64,000 bases of DNA from Pseudomonadota bacterium (GTDB taxonomy: Bacteria > Myxococcota_A > Polyangia > Polyangiales > Polyangiaceae): positions 310 to 64,309 of the forward strand of contig JBDTYJ010000001.1 in assembly GCA_040005755.1 (NCBI GenBank), read 5' to 3'. Below, in pieces: positions 20,301 through 29,494 of the stretch. The position numbers and the translations under genes were made by a program. Positions within the stretch are counted from its first letter, which is position 1. The number at the start of each line of letters is the position of its first letter. Under the pieces are notes generated by a model, which was not told where the DNA came from, made no database searches, and was given only the letters and a program-made list of their open reading frames with translations.

Positions 20301-23300
20301 GTGCCGAGAATTGGCTGCCGGACAGTGCGCTCAATTGCGTTGCCGACAGCGCGCCGAGCTGCGTATCGACCAAGCCGCTTACCTGCGTGGTGCTGAGCGC
20401 ACTCACGAGTCCGGTTGGCAATCCGGCGAGCTGCGTCTCAGTCAAGGATCCGATCTGGCTGGCGCTCAGCGCCGCGAACTGGTCCGAAGTCAGCGCAGAA
20501 AATTGAGTCACTGCTAAGGCCGCGATAACCGTGCTCGAGAGCTGCGAGACCTGGCTCGGGCTCAGCCCGGGTAGCTGCGCTCCAGCAATGGCCGCGAATT
20601 GTGTCGGCGAGAGCGCGCGGATGGAAGCCGCGGGCAAAGCCCGGAGTTGCGTGGCCGAAAGCGCCGACATTTCCTGGGCGGTGAGCCCGGATACGGCAAA
20701 CGGAGACAGGGCTGCGATTTGATTTTGAGAAAGCACGCCAAGTTGGGTGACCGAGAGCGCCGCTACCTGCGTGTCGAGTAGGCCGCTGATCTCAGCGGTC
20801 GTCAGCGCCGCGACCTGAGCAGTGCCTAGGCTACTCACGAGTGTGCCGGGCAAAGCGCTGACCTGCGTGGCGGTCATCGCCGCGAGCTTGGTCGGGGAAA
20901 GTGCGGCTAGGCCGGCGGCGCTCAAGCCCGCGATCGCTGTGGTCGTGAGCGAGCCGACCTGCGTGGTATCGAGTGCGCCGATTTGTGCCGTGGTCAACAC
21001 GCTGAGCTGCGTGGAACTGAGGCCGCTGATCGCGTTGCTACTGAGCGAGGTGAGCTGCGTGGTCGTGAGCGAGCCGACCTGCACATCACTCAGGTAAGCC
21101 AGCTGCGTGGCGCTGAGGCCGCGCAGCTGCGTGCTGCTCAAATGCCCGATTTGCGCGGGCATTAGCGCCGGGATTTGAGTCTCGCCCAGCCCGCCGATTT
21201 GGTTGGCTGTGAGCGCTGCGAGCTGCGTTCCGCCGAGCGCGCCGATCTCGGCGCTCGTCAAGCCGCCGATCGCCGTCCTCGACAAGGCCGCGATCTGGTT
21301 CGTTGCGAGCGCGCTCAATTGCGTGAGCGAGAGCGCGCCCACCTGCGTGTCGCGGAAGCCAGCGACGGCGGTCGAAGTCAGCGCGTTGAGCTGCGTCGCG
21401 CCAAGGGCGGCGAGCTGCTCCGTGTCCAGCGATCCCAGCTGCGACGACGTAAGGGCCGCAAGCTGCGCCGTGCTGAGCGCGGTCAAGACCGCGCTGGACA
21501 GGCCTGCGATGGCGCCAGGGGTAAGCGCGGACACCTGCGCGCCGGTCAGCGTGTTCAACTGCGTCGTGCTGAGCCCGGAGATTTGTGTGGAGGTAAGGCC
21601 CGCGACGGTGGTCGTGGTCAGGGAGGCGAACTGAGTCGCACTCAATGACGCGAGCTGTGTGTCACTCAAAGCCGCAATAGAATTCGCAGCAAATCCGCGT
21701 AGTTGATTCGTGGTGAGCGCGCTGAGTTGAGCCGCGGTTAGACCGGCCACTGCGCCCGGGGTGAGCGCGGCGAACTGCGTCGACGTCCAGGCGCCGAGCT
21801 GAGTCGGGGCAAACTCGGCGACGTCAGTATGTGTCAACGCGATCAACTGAGCAGGCGTAAACGAGCCGGCCTGCGCCGCGCTCAACGCGCCGAGCTGCGC
21901 GGCACTGAGCTCGCTGAGCCCGGCACCACTCAAGCCGCGCAACTGAGTCGAGCTCAAAGTTGCAAGCTCTTGGCTCGTGAGCGCGTCGACAGCGGACAGG
22001 TTTAAAGCGCCGACCTGTATCGCCGACAACGCGCGCAGCTCCGTGAGGGGTAGCGACTCGACTTGCGTCGCCGTCAAACCAGCGATCGCCGTCGTGCTCA
22101 GGGCCGTCACCTGCGTGCTGGTCAAAGCCGCGAGTTGCGTGCCATTCAGGGCCCCAAGCTGCGTCCCGGCCAAGCCGCCGATCGCGGTCGTCGACAGGGA
22201 AGCGAGCTGCGTCGTGGACAGCATCGCCAGCTGCTCGGTGCTGAGGGCCCCGACGGCGCCGCGAGAAAGCGCGGCAATTTGGCTGGAAGTGAGCGACTGC
22301 AGCTGCTGCGCGCCGAGGCCAGCCACGGCGCCGCTGTTGAGCCCCGCGAGCTGTGCGCCCGAGAATGCGGCGAGCTCAGTCGTCGTCAAAGCGGCGACGT
22401 TGGTGCTGGTGAGCCCGCCCAGCTGCGTGGCGCTGAGCGCAGCCAGCTGCGTGCTGCCCAACGAGGCGAACGCGGTGGCGTCGAGCGCGCTCAGACCGCT
22501 GGCCGCGAGCCCCTTCACTTGGGTGGTCGTTAGTGCGGCGAGCTGAGCGCCGCTCAAGACGTCCGCGCCGCCAGCCGTCAGCACGGCGACTTGTGTCGAG
22601 CTCAAGCCCTGCATCTGCGTAGCGCTGAGCTGCGCGACTTCGCTCAAAGTGAGGCCCCAGAGCTGTGTCGCCGAGAGCACACCTAGCTGCTTGGCGGTCA
22701 ACGCCGCGAACTGAGAAGTGCTGAGCTCTGCAGCTGCGCTCGCGCTGAGTCCGCCGATGGCACGGGTACTAAGGGCCGAAATCTGCGTGCTCGTGAGCGC
22801 GGAAAGCTGCGTCGATGCGAGCGCGCCGATCACCGTGCTGGTGAGGCCCGCCGCCTGTGTCGCGCTGAGCGACGCAATTTGGTCTGGGCTCAAACCGAGG
22901 GCAGCCGCTGCGCTGAGCGCGCCAAGCTGACTCGAAGAGAGAGCACCCAGCGCGGTCACAGTGAGCTCGGAGACACTCTCACTCGTCAAGCCTCGCAGTT
23001 GCGTCGCGCTGAGCGCGCCCAGCTGAGCGCTGGACAGCGCAGCGAGCTGGGTGAGGTTGAGCTCGTTCAGCGCTGCCGTGTTCAGCCCAGCCACCTGTGT
23101 GGTGGTCAGTGCCGCCACCTGCGTGGTGGTCATGCCGTCGATCGCGCTCGTGCTCAAGCCGGCTAGCTGCGTCGCAGCCAGGCCGCGCAACTGCGTCGAG
23201 CTCAAGGACGCGAGTTGGTCTGCGCTCAAACCCTGCATTTGCCCCGGCAAAAGAGCGCCAATTTGTGAGCTGGTCAGCCCGCCCAGCTGCGTCGTGTTGA

Positions 23301-26300
23301 GCGCGCCGACCCCGGCCGAGGTCAACCCCGTCAGCGCCGACGGAGGGACGGCCGCCAGCTGAGCTGTGCTGAGCGCAGCAACCGCCGTCGTGCTCAGACT
23401 GTGCAGCTGAGCCGCGCTCAAAGCTTGTACCTGCGTCGTACTCAACGCTGCGACCTGCTCCGCGGTCAGGCCGCCCAGCGCCGCTGCGCTCAGCCCGGTC
23501 AGTTGCGTAGCGCTCAGCGTGGCAGCTTGTGTCGCGCTGAGCTCGGAAAGACCGAGCGCGCCGAGCCCGGAGAGCGTGGTCGAGGTCATGGCGCCGAGCT
23601 GCGCGCTGGAGAGCGCGGCGAGTTGAGTATCGGCAAACGCTGCGAGTTGCGTGTTCGCAAATGCTCGCACCTGGGCGGTGCTCAGTGCCGAAATCTGCGC
23701 AGGGCCGAGCGCGCCCAGGGCAGCCGTAGTGAGGGCGGAGAGCAGCGTGCTGCTGAGACCGGCCAGTTGGGCATTCGTCAAGCTGGCCAACTGATCACGC
23801 GCCAAGCCTTTTATGGCTGCGCTGCTCAGGGCAGCCAGTTGTGTGGGCTGCACTGCGGCGAGCTGCTCGTTCGAGAGCGCGCTCACGGCAGGGGCCGTCA
23901 GCGCGCCTACCTGTGTCGTGGTCAGGCCAGCGATTTGCGCTGTGCTGAGGCTGCCGAGCGCCGTACTCGTGAGCAGCCGGATCTGAGTCACCGTGACGCC
24001 CGCTAGTTGGCTGTTGCTCAGCGTTGCGACTTGATCCTCGCTGAGTGCGGAGAAGGTAACGCCGTTCAGTGCGGCAACCTGGGTAGGCGCGAGCGCCCCC
24101 AGTTGTGTCGCAGACAGAGCGTGAATGCCCGTGGAACTCAGACCGGCGAGGGTCGTGGTGCTGAGCGCAGCGAGCTGCGTGTTGCTCAGCGCAGCGAGCG
24201 AGTTGCTCGTGAGCGCGCCGAACTGAGTCGCGCTCAGGGCTCGCACTTGGGTGGTGTTCAACCCGGCGAGCTGATCTGGTGTCAGACCTTGCAGGGCCGT
24301 GGCGGTGAGCCCGGCTTGTTGGGTTACCGTGAGCTGGTTTAGCTGCGTTGCGCCCAGTTCGCTCAGGTCCGTGGGGGTCAGGCCTTTGAGCTGCGTGGTG
24401 GTCAGCGCTGCAAATTGCGCGCTGGAAAACGCCCCCATTTGCGTCAGTGACAGCTCACTCACGCCGGCCGCGCTCAGGCCGCGGACTTGGGTCGTGGTGA
24501 GCGCAGCGAGTTGCCCGGTCGTCAGGCCGTCCACCGCGGTCGTGCTGAGCGCGCCGAGTTGCGTCGCGCTCAGGCCGGAAAGTTGGCCGCTGGAGAGCGC
24601 CGCAACCTCGCTCGCGACAAGCCCGCGCAATGCACCAGCAGACAGCGCCGCCAGCTGCGCGGAGCTCAGCGCGGCGAGCTGCGTGCTACCCAGCCCCGCC
24701 ACGCGCGCTGCATTGAGCCCCGCGATCGCGCTGGTCGAGAGCGCTGCGAATTGGCCTGCCGAGAGCGCGGCCAACTGCGTGTCGGCGAAGGCGCCCACGA
24801 GCGCGCTCGTTAGCCCGCCGACCTGCGCGTTGGAGAGCGCGCTGACGTCGTCCTCGTTCAGGCCGGCTAGTGCAGCGCGGCTCAAAGATCCAAGTTGCGT
24901 CGCGCTCAGCGCCGCCAATTGCAAAGCACTCAGCTGCCCGATCGCGGTGCTGTCCAGTGAGCGCAGCTGCGTGGTTGTCAACGCGCCGATCTGCGTCGAG
25001 GACAGTGAATTGAGCGCAGTTTTGCCGAATGCATTGAGCGCCGCGCCCGACAACCCGCCGACCTGCGTCGGGCTGAGGCCCGAGATCTGGGTCGTGGTCA
25101 GCCCGGCCACGGCGTTGCTCGAGAGCCCGGCTAGCTGCGTCGCCTTCAGCGCATTGACCTGGCTTGTACTGAGCGCGCTCACCTGCTCGGACGTCAAACC
25201 GGAGATTTGCGTAGCGCTGAGCCCGCTGAATAGCGTGCTCGTCAAGGCAGCCAGCTGCCGGGTCGACAGCAGCGAGAGGTCGGCGGCGCTGAGCCCGCCG
25301 AAAGCGGGCGGAGTGAGCGCGTTCAATTGCGCGGTCGACAGCGCTTGCAGTTGCGTGTCGAGCAGAGCGCCGAGCTGCGTGCTGCGCAGCCCGGACACCT
25401 GTGTCGTGCTCAGCGCAGCAATTTGCCCCTCGGACAACCCACCCAACGCACGCACGGTCAGTGAGCCAAGCTGGGTCGAGGACAGCGCGGCTAGCTCGGC
25501 GTCGGTGAGCTCACCCGCGTCCGCGCTGCTGAGGCCGCTCAACTGCGTGGTTGTCAGCGCGGCCAGCTGGCCCGCGGACAACGCCCCCATTTGCTCTTGA
25601 TCAAGCGCAGAAACGGCATTGCTCGTCAGCCCGCGTAGCTGCACGGTCGTGAGCGCCCCGAGCTGTGCCGACGTCAAGCCGCCGATCGCGCTCGTGCTGA
25701 GGGCCGCCAGTTGAGTTGGCGCTAGCAAGACGACCTGCGTCGTGCTGAGCGCTGTGATCTGAGCATCACCAAAGCCGTGGAACTGCACGGCGCTGAGCGC
25801 CAACAGTTGTTCAGGCGCGAGCGCGCCGATTTGCGCCGCGCTGAGTGCGCCGATCTGGGCCGCTGTCAGCCCGCTAATCGCCATGCCGGACAGCGCAGCC
25901 ACTTGCGCCGTGGTCAAGGAGGCCAGCGTGGTCGTGCTGAGCGCGCCCCATTGATTCGAGGTCAAACTGCGCAGTTGCGCGGTCGAAAGCTGGGCCAGCT
26001 GCGTGTCGCTCAACCCGGATAGCGCGGCGAGCGACAGGGCGGAAAGCTGCGTCGCGCCGAGCGCGCCGAGCTGACCTGCAGACAGCGCGCCCAATAACGT
26101 GGAACTCAGGCCGCGTAACGCGCTAGTCGTCAAGGCCGTCAGCTGCGCGCCGTGCAGTGCGCCCAGCACGTCTTGATCGAGCGCACCCACCTGGGACGCC
26201 GTTAGGCTGCCGACTTGCGTCGTGCTGAGCGCGCCAACCTGCGTCGTGCTCAGGCTGTTTACTGCGTTGGCGGACAAGGACGCAATCTGCGTGGCGCTGA

Positions 26301-27786
26301 AGCCGGTGACTTGCGTCGTCGTGAGCAGGGGGATTTGATCCGCAGTCAACCCGCTCAGCGCGAGATTGCTCAGCCCCGCAAGCTTCGCGCCAGTAAACAC
26401 CGCGAGTTCAGCGGCTCCCAGCGTTCGAACGTCGTCGGCGCTCAGACCGCCGAGCTGCGTGCTCGTCAGCGCCGCGAGCTGCGTTGCGCTGAGTGCATTG
26501 AACGAGGTCGTGGTCAGCGCGGCCAGTTGGCTCGGAGTAAGGCCCGAAAGCTGGGCAATGGTCAGCGCCGACACGCGATCCTCGGCGAGCCCCTTCACTG
26601 CCGAGCTAGTGAGCGCCGAAAGTTGCGTGCCGCTCAGCGCGCTAAGCTGCGCTTGGCTCAGTCTCACGAGGACGGTGCTGGTTAGGCCCTTGATTTGCGT
26701 CGCGGAAAACGCAGCAAGCTGCGTCGCGCTCAGCGCCGCGAAAGCGCTCGTCGTCAAAGCGCTCAGTTGCGCCGCACCGAGTCCGACGATTTGACCGGTG
26801 CTGAGCGCGGCAACCTGCTCCTCGGCGAAGCCCGCCACCGCGGCCGGCTTCAGCCCCGAGATCTGCGTCGCTGAGAGCGCCGACAACTGCGGCGTGCTCA
26901 GCTCGGCGAGCTGCGTGCTCGCCACCCCGGCGAGCTGAGTCGTGCTCAACGAGCCAAGCAGATCTGGGTTCAGGCCGCCGACGGCGTCCGTCGTCAGTGC
27001 GCCAATTTGGGCCGCGCCCAGACCGCTCAGCGGCCCGGTGCTAAGCCCGTTCACTTGTTGACCGCTGAGCCCCGGCATGGCCGCGACGGACAACGCGCCG
27101 AGCTGCTGCGCTGACAGCGCACTGATCAGTCCCACGCTCATCACGGAGACGTCGTCGCTGCTCAAACCGCGCAGCTGCGTGCCACTCAACGCCAAGACCT
27201 GATTAGGCGAAAGTGCGGAGATTTGCGTGGTATTGAAGGCTGCGAGCTCGCTGCTGGTGAGTCCCGCGAGCTGGGTCGTGAGCAATGAAGTGATCTGCGT
27301 CGTGCTCAGCACCTCGATCGCCTGCCCGAAGGCGCCTAGCTGGTCAGCGCGAAGGCCGCCGAGCTGGGTCGTCGTGAGCCCGGCAATTTGATCCTCTGCG
27401 AGCCCCTTGATCTGATTGGCGCTGAGCAGCGTGATCTGCGAGCTGCTCAACGCGGCGAGCTGTTGCGCGCTGAGCTGCCCGATCTCTGTCCCGGTGATTT
27501 GGCTGAGCTGCTTGCTCGTGAGGACCGAAATGTCCGTTGCAGAAATCGCGCTCGCTTGCTGAGTGGCGAGCGCGTAGAACTGCGCCGCCGTAAAGTCCAG
27601 GATCTGACTGACCGTCAGCGCAGACACCTGCGGCGCGGTCAGCGCGCCCATCTGCTTCGTGCTCAGCGCCGCAAGCTGAGACGCAACCAAGCCCGAAAAA
27701 TCGCCCGCACTGATGCTCTGCAAATCGGTCGTCGACAGACTTGCGATCTGATCGGTGCTGTAGTTCGAGATCCCGGTGACGCTCAC
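17329..27786 (-). CDS. Giant (~3,480 aa) Ser/Thr/Ala/Leu/Gln-rich octapeptide-repeat protein of unknown function
   Basis: Open 10.4-kb frame; consensus L-[ST]-x-x-Q-[LIV]-x-[AG] from end to end; GTG at 27786 (MSVTGISNYSTDQ) preferred over TTG at 27861 because the repeat starts there; no signal peptide or recognisable non-repeat domain. Confidence 0.9.
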   Translation of the reverse strand: MSVTGISNYSTDQIASLSTTDLQSISAGDFSGLVASQLAALSTKQMGALTAPQVSALTVSQILDFTAAQFYALATQQASAISATDISVLTSKQLSQITGTEIGQLSAQQLAALSSSQITLLSANQIKGLAEDQIAGLTTTQLGGLRADQLGAFGQAIEVLSTTQITSLLTTQLAGLTSSELAAFNTTQISALSPNQVLALSGTQLRGLSSDDVSVMSVGLISALSAQQLGALSVAAMPGLSGQQVNGLSTGPLSGLGAAQIGALTTDAVGGLNPDLLGSLSTTQLAGVASTQLAELSTPQLSALSATQISGLKPAAVAGFAEEQVAALSTGQIVGLGAAQLSALTTSAFAALSATQLAAFSATQIKGLTSTVLVRLSQAQLSALSGTQLSALTSSAVKGLAEDRVSALTIAQLSGLTPSQLAALTTTSFNALSATQLAALTSTQLGGLSADDVRTLGAAELAVFTGAKLAGLSNLALSGLTADQIPLLTTTQVTGFSATQIASLSANAVNSLSTTQVGALSTTQVGSLTASQVGALDQDVLGALHGAQLTALTTSALRGLSSTLLGALSAGQLGALGATQLSALSLAALSGLSDTQLAQLSTAQLRSLTSNQWGALSTTTLASLTTAQVAALSGMAISGLTAAQIGALSAAQIGALAPEQLLALSAVQFHGFGDAQITALSTTQVVLLAPTQLAALSTSAIGGLTSAQLGALTTVQLRGLTSNAVSALDQEQMGALSAGQLAALTTTQLSGLSSADAGELTDAELAALSSTQLGSLTVRALGGLSEGQIAALSTTQVSGLRSTQLGALLDTQLQALSTAQLNALTPPAFGGLSAADLSLLSTRQLAALTSTLFSGLSATQISGLTSEQVSALSTSQVNALKATQLAGLSSNAVAGLTTTQISGLSPTQVGGLSGAALNAFGKTALNSLSSTQIGALTTTQLRSLDSTAIGQLSALQLAALSATQLGSLSRAALAGLNEDDVSALSNAQVGGLTSALVGAFADTQLAALSAGQFAALSTSAIAGLNAARVAGLGSTQLAALSSAQLAALSAGALRGLVASEVAALSSGQLSGLSATQLGALSTTAVDGLTTGQLAALTTTQVRGLSAAGVSELSLTQMGAFSSAQFAALTTTQLKGLTPTDLSELGATQLNQLTVTQQAGLTATALQGLTPDQLAGLNTTQVRALSATQFGALTSNSLAALSNTQLAALSTTTLAGLSSTGIHALSATQLGALAPTQVAALNGVTFSALSEDQVATLSNSQLAGVTVTQIRLLTSTALGSLSTAQIAGLTTTQVGALTAPAVSALSNEQLAAVQPTQLAALSSAAIKGLARDQLASLTNAQLAGLSSTLLSALTTAALGALGPAQISALSTAQVRAFANTQLAAFADTQLAALSSAQLGAMTSTTLSGLGALGLSELSATQAATLSATQLTGLSAAALGGLTAEQVAALSTTQVQALSAAQLHSLSTTAVAALSTAQLAAVPPSALTGLTSAGVGALNTTQLGGLTSSQIGALLPGQMQGLSADQLASLSSTQLRGLAATQLAGLSTSAIDGMTTTQVAALTTTQVAGLNTAALNELNLTQLAALSSAQLGALSATQLRGLTSESVSELTVTALGALSSSQLGALSAAAALGLSPDQIASLSATQAAGLTSTVIGALASTQLSALTSTQISALSTRAIGGLSASAAAELSTSQFAALTAKQLGVLSATQLWGLTLSEVAQLSATQMQGLSSTQVAVLTAGGADVLSGAQLAALTTTQVKGLAASGLSALDATAFASLGSTQLAALSATQLGGLTSTNVAALTTTELAAFSGAQLAGLNSGAVAGLGAQQLQSLTSSQIAALSRGAVGALSTEQLAMLSTTQLASLSTTAIGGLAGTQLGALNGTQLAALTSTQVTALSTTAIAGLTATQVESLPLTELRALSAIQVGALNLSAVDALTSQELATLSSTQLRGLSGAGLSELSAAQLGALSAAQAGSFTPAQLIALTHTDVAEFAPTQLGAWTSTQFAALTPGAVAGLTAAQLSALTTNQLRGFAANSIAALSDTQLASLSATQFASLTTTTVAGLTSTQISGLSTTQLNTLTGAQVSALTPGAIAGLSSAVLTALSTAQLAALTSSQLGSLDTEQLAALGATQLNALTSTAVAGFRDTQVGALSLTQLSALATNQIAALSRTAIGGLTSAEIGALGGTQLAALTANQIGGLGETQIPALMPAQIGHLSSTQLRGLSATQLAYLSDVQVGSLTTTQLTSLSSNAISGLSSTQLSVLTTAQIGALDTTQVGSLTTTAIAGLSAAGLAALSPTKLAAMTATQVSALPGTLVSSLGTAQVAALTTAEISGLLDTQVAALSVTQLGVLSQNQIAALSPFAVSGLTAQEMSALSATQLRALPAASIRALSPTQFAAIAGAQLPGLSPSQVSQLSSTVIAALAVTQFSALTSDQFAALSASQIGSLTETQLAGLPTGLVSALSTTQVSGLVDTQLGALSATQLSALSGSQFSALSSVALSGLSTTAVAGLTGSQLAALTASQIAGLSVDQIGTLSVTQVGSLSSLQLRGLADTQVSALNSTQIGALSATQISGLGSTQVGALLDTQVAALNTTQLGALLTTQMAALSTTGVRGLTAAEIAALGSRQLSALSATQFAALSTDQVSSLSTTQVAVLSAGELSGVTSTQAAQLSAEQMAALNATQLAALSTRAISGLTTTQISSFTVPRLNQLTPAQVAALSTTQLAVLSTTQVSGLTTAQVSGLSSVEISALSSEQLGALTAAQIGSLSTTQVAALSGSEVSALGTTQLAALSTTQMGALSTSGVPGLTVTAFAALNTRQIAALGGSQLAALTTTQASGLSTAQLSALSASGISGFTSSAVAALSTTQVSALSSTQLAAFSATGVTGLSAAQIDALSSGQFAALTPAELNALTTAQIQGLPTTRIAQFSNTQLAGLSATSVGTLTAPQLNALSTTRLAALSRAQVAGLDSTQVAVLSIGQLNALTTTQVSALSSAGMTGLTLTEFAALNADQLGALTSAQLGSLSATQAAALSTTLLAALGTSQIAGFSSTEVGALDLTQLAALSTGQIAALSGAAIAGLSGTQADALSGQQLAALTTGQLAALSTTTLSGLTSTLLAALTTTQLSSLSATGIGALSTNAVSSLNATQLGVLTATELSGLTSSQVAALSTTQLSQLTPTQVAAISPGGITGIAASQAAALSSTQLGALSLTQVGALSGAAISGLTSTEFAALTTAQFQSLSATGITGLSAAQISNLNTAQIQLLTGVELSGLTSTQVAAMTPSQVAAMSPEQIGAFSASGIVGLSSAQVAELTSTQFGGLTSYEMAALTNTQIGYLSTTQIAALTPEQLFGLQRLQIRALSLTQLAALSTTQVSNMSPTQISSLTASEMQALSSAQLSALTPEQVGSLTAMQFGTFTAGQIAALAPTQLTELSTTTISFLTTTTIGMLTTTDIEALSGTQLGALTDAQLQAMTEEQIQALLDALV
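17340..27760 (-). repeat. Degenerate 24-nt coding tandem repeat (about 430 octapeptide units)
   Basis: Recurring gctgagcgc/gagctgcgt motifs at 24-nt spacing match the protein octamer; unit count estimated from length divided by 24. Confidence 0.9.
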
Positions 27787-27951
27787 GACACAAAAAAGTG
27801 CCACGTCAGCGCGCGTGAATCCCGCACAAAATCTGCAAATACCGCGGAAAAGTGCCGTCAAACCGCTGACATGCCGCGGCGTGCGCGATTTCAGCGCTCA
27901 AGCGTCAGCCCGCTGACTCAGGGAGGGGCTACGGATTTTGCGAGTGTTTGC

Positions 27952-28656
27952 TCAGTTCGATCGCGTGCGCAGGGCGCGCTGCGCAATTCGCTCGGCGCGC
28001 TGCAAGTCGCTACGCCGGAAGGCATGGCCCGGCCGCGAGAGCTCCAGCATGCCCGTGAGGTTCTCGCCGATGAAGATTGGAATCATTGCTGCCGCCCCGA
28101 CGCCGCCGCGGCTACTGGCAAAGCGGATCGCCAGGGCGTCTTCAGCTTGCCCGTAGGGAGGCCCGACGACAGGTCGCCCCTGGCGCGCCGCTCGCAACAC
28201 CAAATCATGCTCGGACAATGCGTAACCGAGGCGCTCATTGGAAATCGGTCCGAGCACGGAGCGCGTGATCAGCGCACGCTGATTGCGCCCGCGATAGTGA
28301 AACATGGCGCTCTCCGCGCCCGTCGCGATCAGCGAAAGCCAGGTGATCGTATGGCTCAACTCCGCCTCGTCCTTGATGCGCTCGATCGGGCGCGTCCACT
28401 CGAGCAGCTGCTCTTGGCTCGGCGCGGTACCGTTCACCTTGCTGTTCAACGCCGCGATCTCCCGCACCGCGTTCAGCGTGCGCCAATCGCCGTGATACGG
28501 GCTCACGTGGCAGTAGTCAGGAACGCGGCCGAACTCGACACCACGTATCAAGAGCCCAGTCACCACCGGACCCACGGTGAGCTCACCGTTCGTGACGTAC
28601 CAAAGCGGCGGCGGTTTTGGCCTGAAAACGCTGGTCGGGATCTGCTTCGAGTCCAT
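27952..28656 (-). CDS. Hypothetical signalling protein with GYF-like N-terminus and GAF-like C-terminus
   Basis: ATG at 28656 preceded by GAAGGAGA; LWYVTNGELTVGPV resembles GYF_2; AAMIPI..GENLTGMLEL....AF...D...AERIA resembles a GAF C-terminus. Confidence 0.65.
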   Translation of the reverse strand: MDSKQIPTSVFRPKPPPLWYVTNGELTVGPVVTGLLIRGVEFGRVPDYCHVSPYHGDWRTLNAVREIAALNSKVNGTAPSQEQLLEWTRPIERIKDEAELSHTITWLSLIATGAESAMFHYRGRNQRALITRSVLGPISNERLGYALSEHDLVLRAARQGRPVVGPPYGQAEDALAIRFASSRGGVGAAAMIPIFIGENLTGMLELSRPGHAFRRSDLQRAERIAQRALRTRSN

Positions 28657-29107
28657 CGGGTCTCCTTCGAGTGACGTGCGCGAATCGTCCCTCGACACGC
28701 CCCCTATGGGCCAAGAAACCGGCTCTGATTGTCGTGCAATGCGGCGCGCGCTTCGGGTCGGCCGCCTCTTGCTTGGCGCGCGCCTCGGTCCGCCCTTTTC
28801 GCGAGCGAAAGCGCTCACCCCGCCAGAAAGGATTGGGTTGATGGTCACGAGGCGCGGAATGCTGCGGCACAGCCTTCGGCGTCACTGACGCCCGCCACCC
28901 GATTTCGCGAGCGCGTGCGTTCCAGCAAATGCAACGCGTTGCGAGCCAGAAGAGTCATTCGCGCTTCGCGCGGCCTACACTCAGCCCGCTAGTAACGTCT
29001 CGTATTTGCTATGATTTACGCATCGGCGTAGCTCGCCGCGCGGCTAGCTTGCCCGGCGGCGTCGCATTAGCTAGCTTTCCCGCCCCCTTTCGAGGAGCCT
29101 CCCGCCC

Positions 29108-29347
29108 ATGGCACGCGTCACCGTTGAAGATTGCTTGGAACAAGAAGAAAACCGTTTCGCCCTCGTCGTGCTGGCGGCTCAGCGCACGCGCACGATCATG
29201 AAGGGTGGCCCGGCCCTGGTGAACGCGAAGAACAAGCCGCCGGTGATCAGCTTGCGCGAGATCGCAGCCGGTAAAGTTCGTTTTCACCGCCCGTCGGTGG
29301 AAGCAGTCGCCGAGTACATCAACGAGCTCGGCCGCGTAAATCTTTGA
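29108..29347 (+). CDS. rpoZ: RNA polymerase omega subunit
   Basis: [32 protein letters not shown] signature; GAGGAG RBS. Confidence 0.97.
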   Translation: MARVTVEDCLEQEENRFALVVLAAQRTRTIMKGGPALVNAKNKPPVISLREIAAGKVRFHRPSVEAVAEYINELGRVNL

Positions 29348-29494
29348 GCGTAGAGGCGCGAGCACAGAGCGGAGCCTGGCCGCCCGGTAGCTGCGAGCGG
29401 AGCAAGGCGCGTTCGCTGCGGGTGCTGAAGTACCCAGGAGCGAACGCAGTCAGGTTCCGCGGAGCACTGTCCACGACGGCCGGCGGGAGCTCTC

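Noticed and set aside
17340-27760. Many plus-strand ORFs (e.g. 24299-25600) with SAASCV repeats
   Set aside because: Antisense shadows of the minus-strand repeat gene; fragmented, whereas the minus frame stays open for 10.4 kb
17329-27786. Ice-nucleation protein (InaZ) call based on octapeptide periodicity
   Set aside because: Lacks the AGYGSTxTA/SLTA consensus and InaZ terminal domains; the pattern is S/T-x-x-Q with Leu, not TxT beta-solenoid
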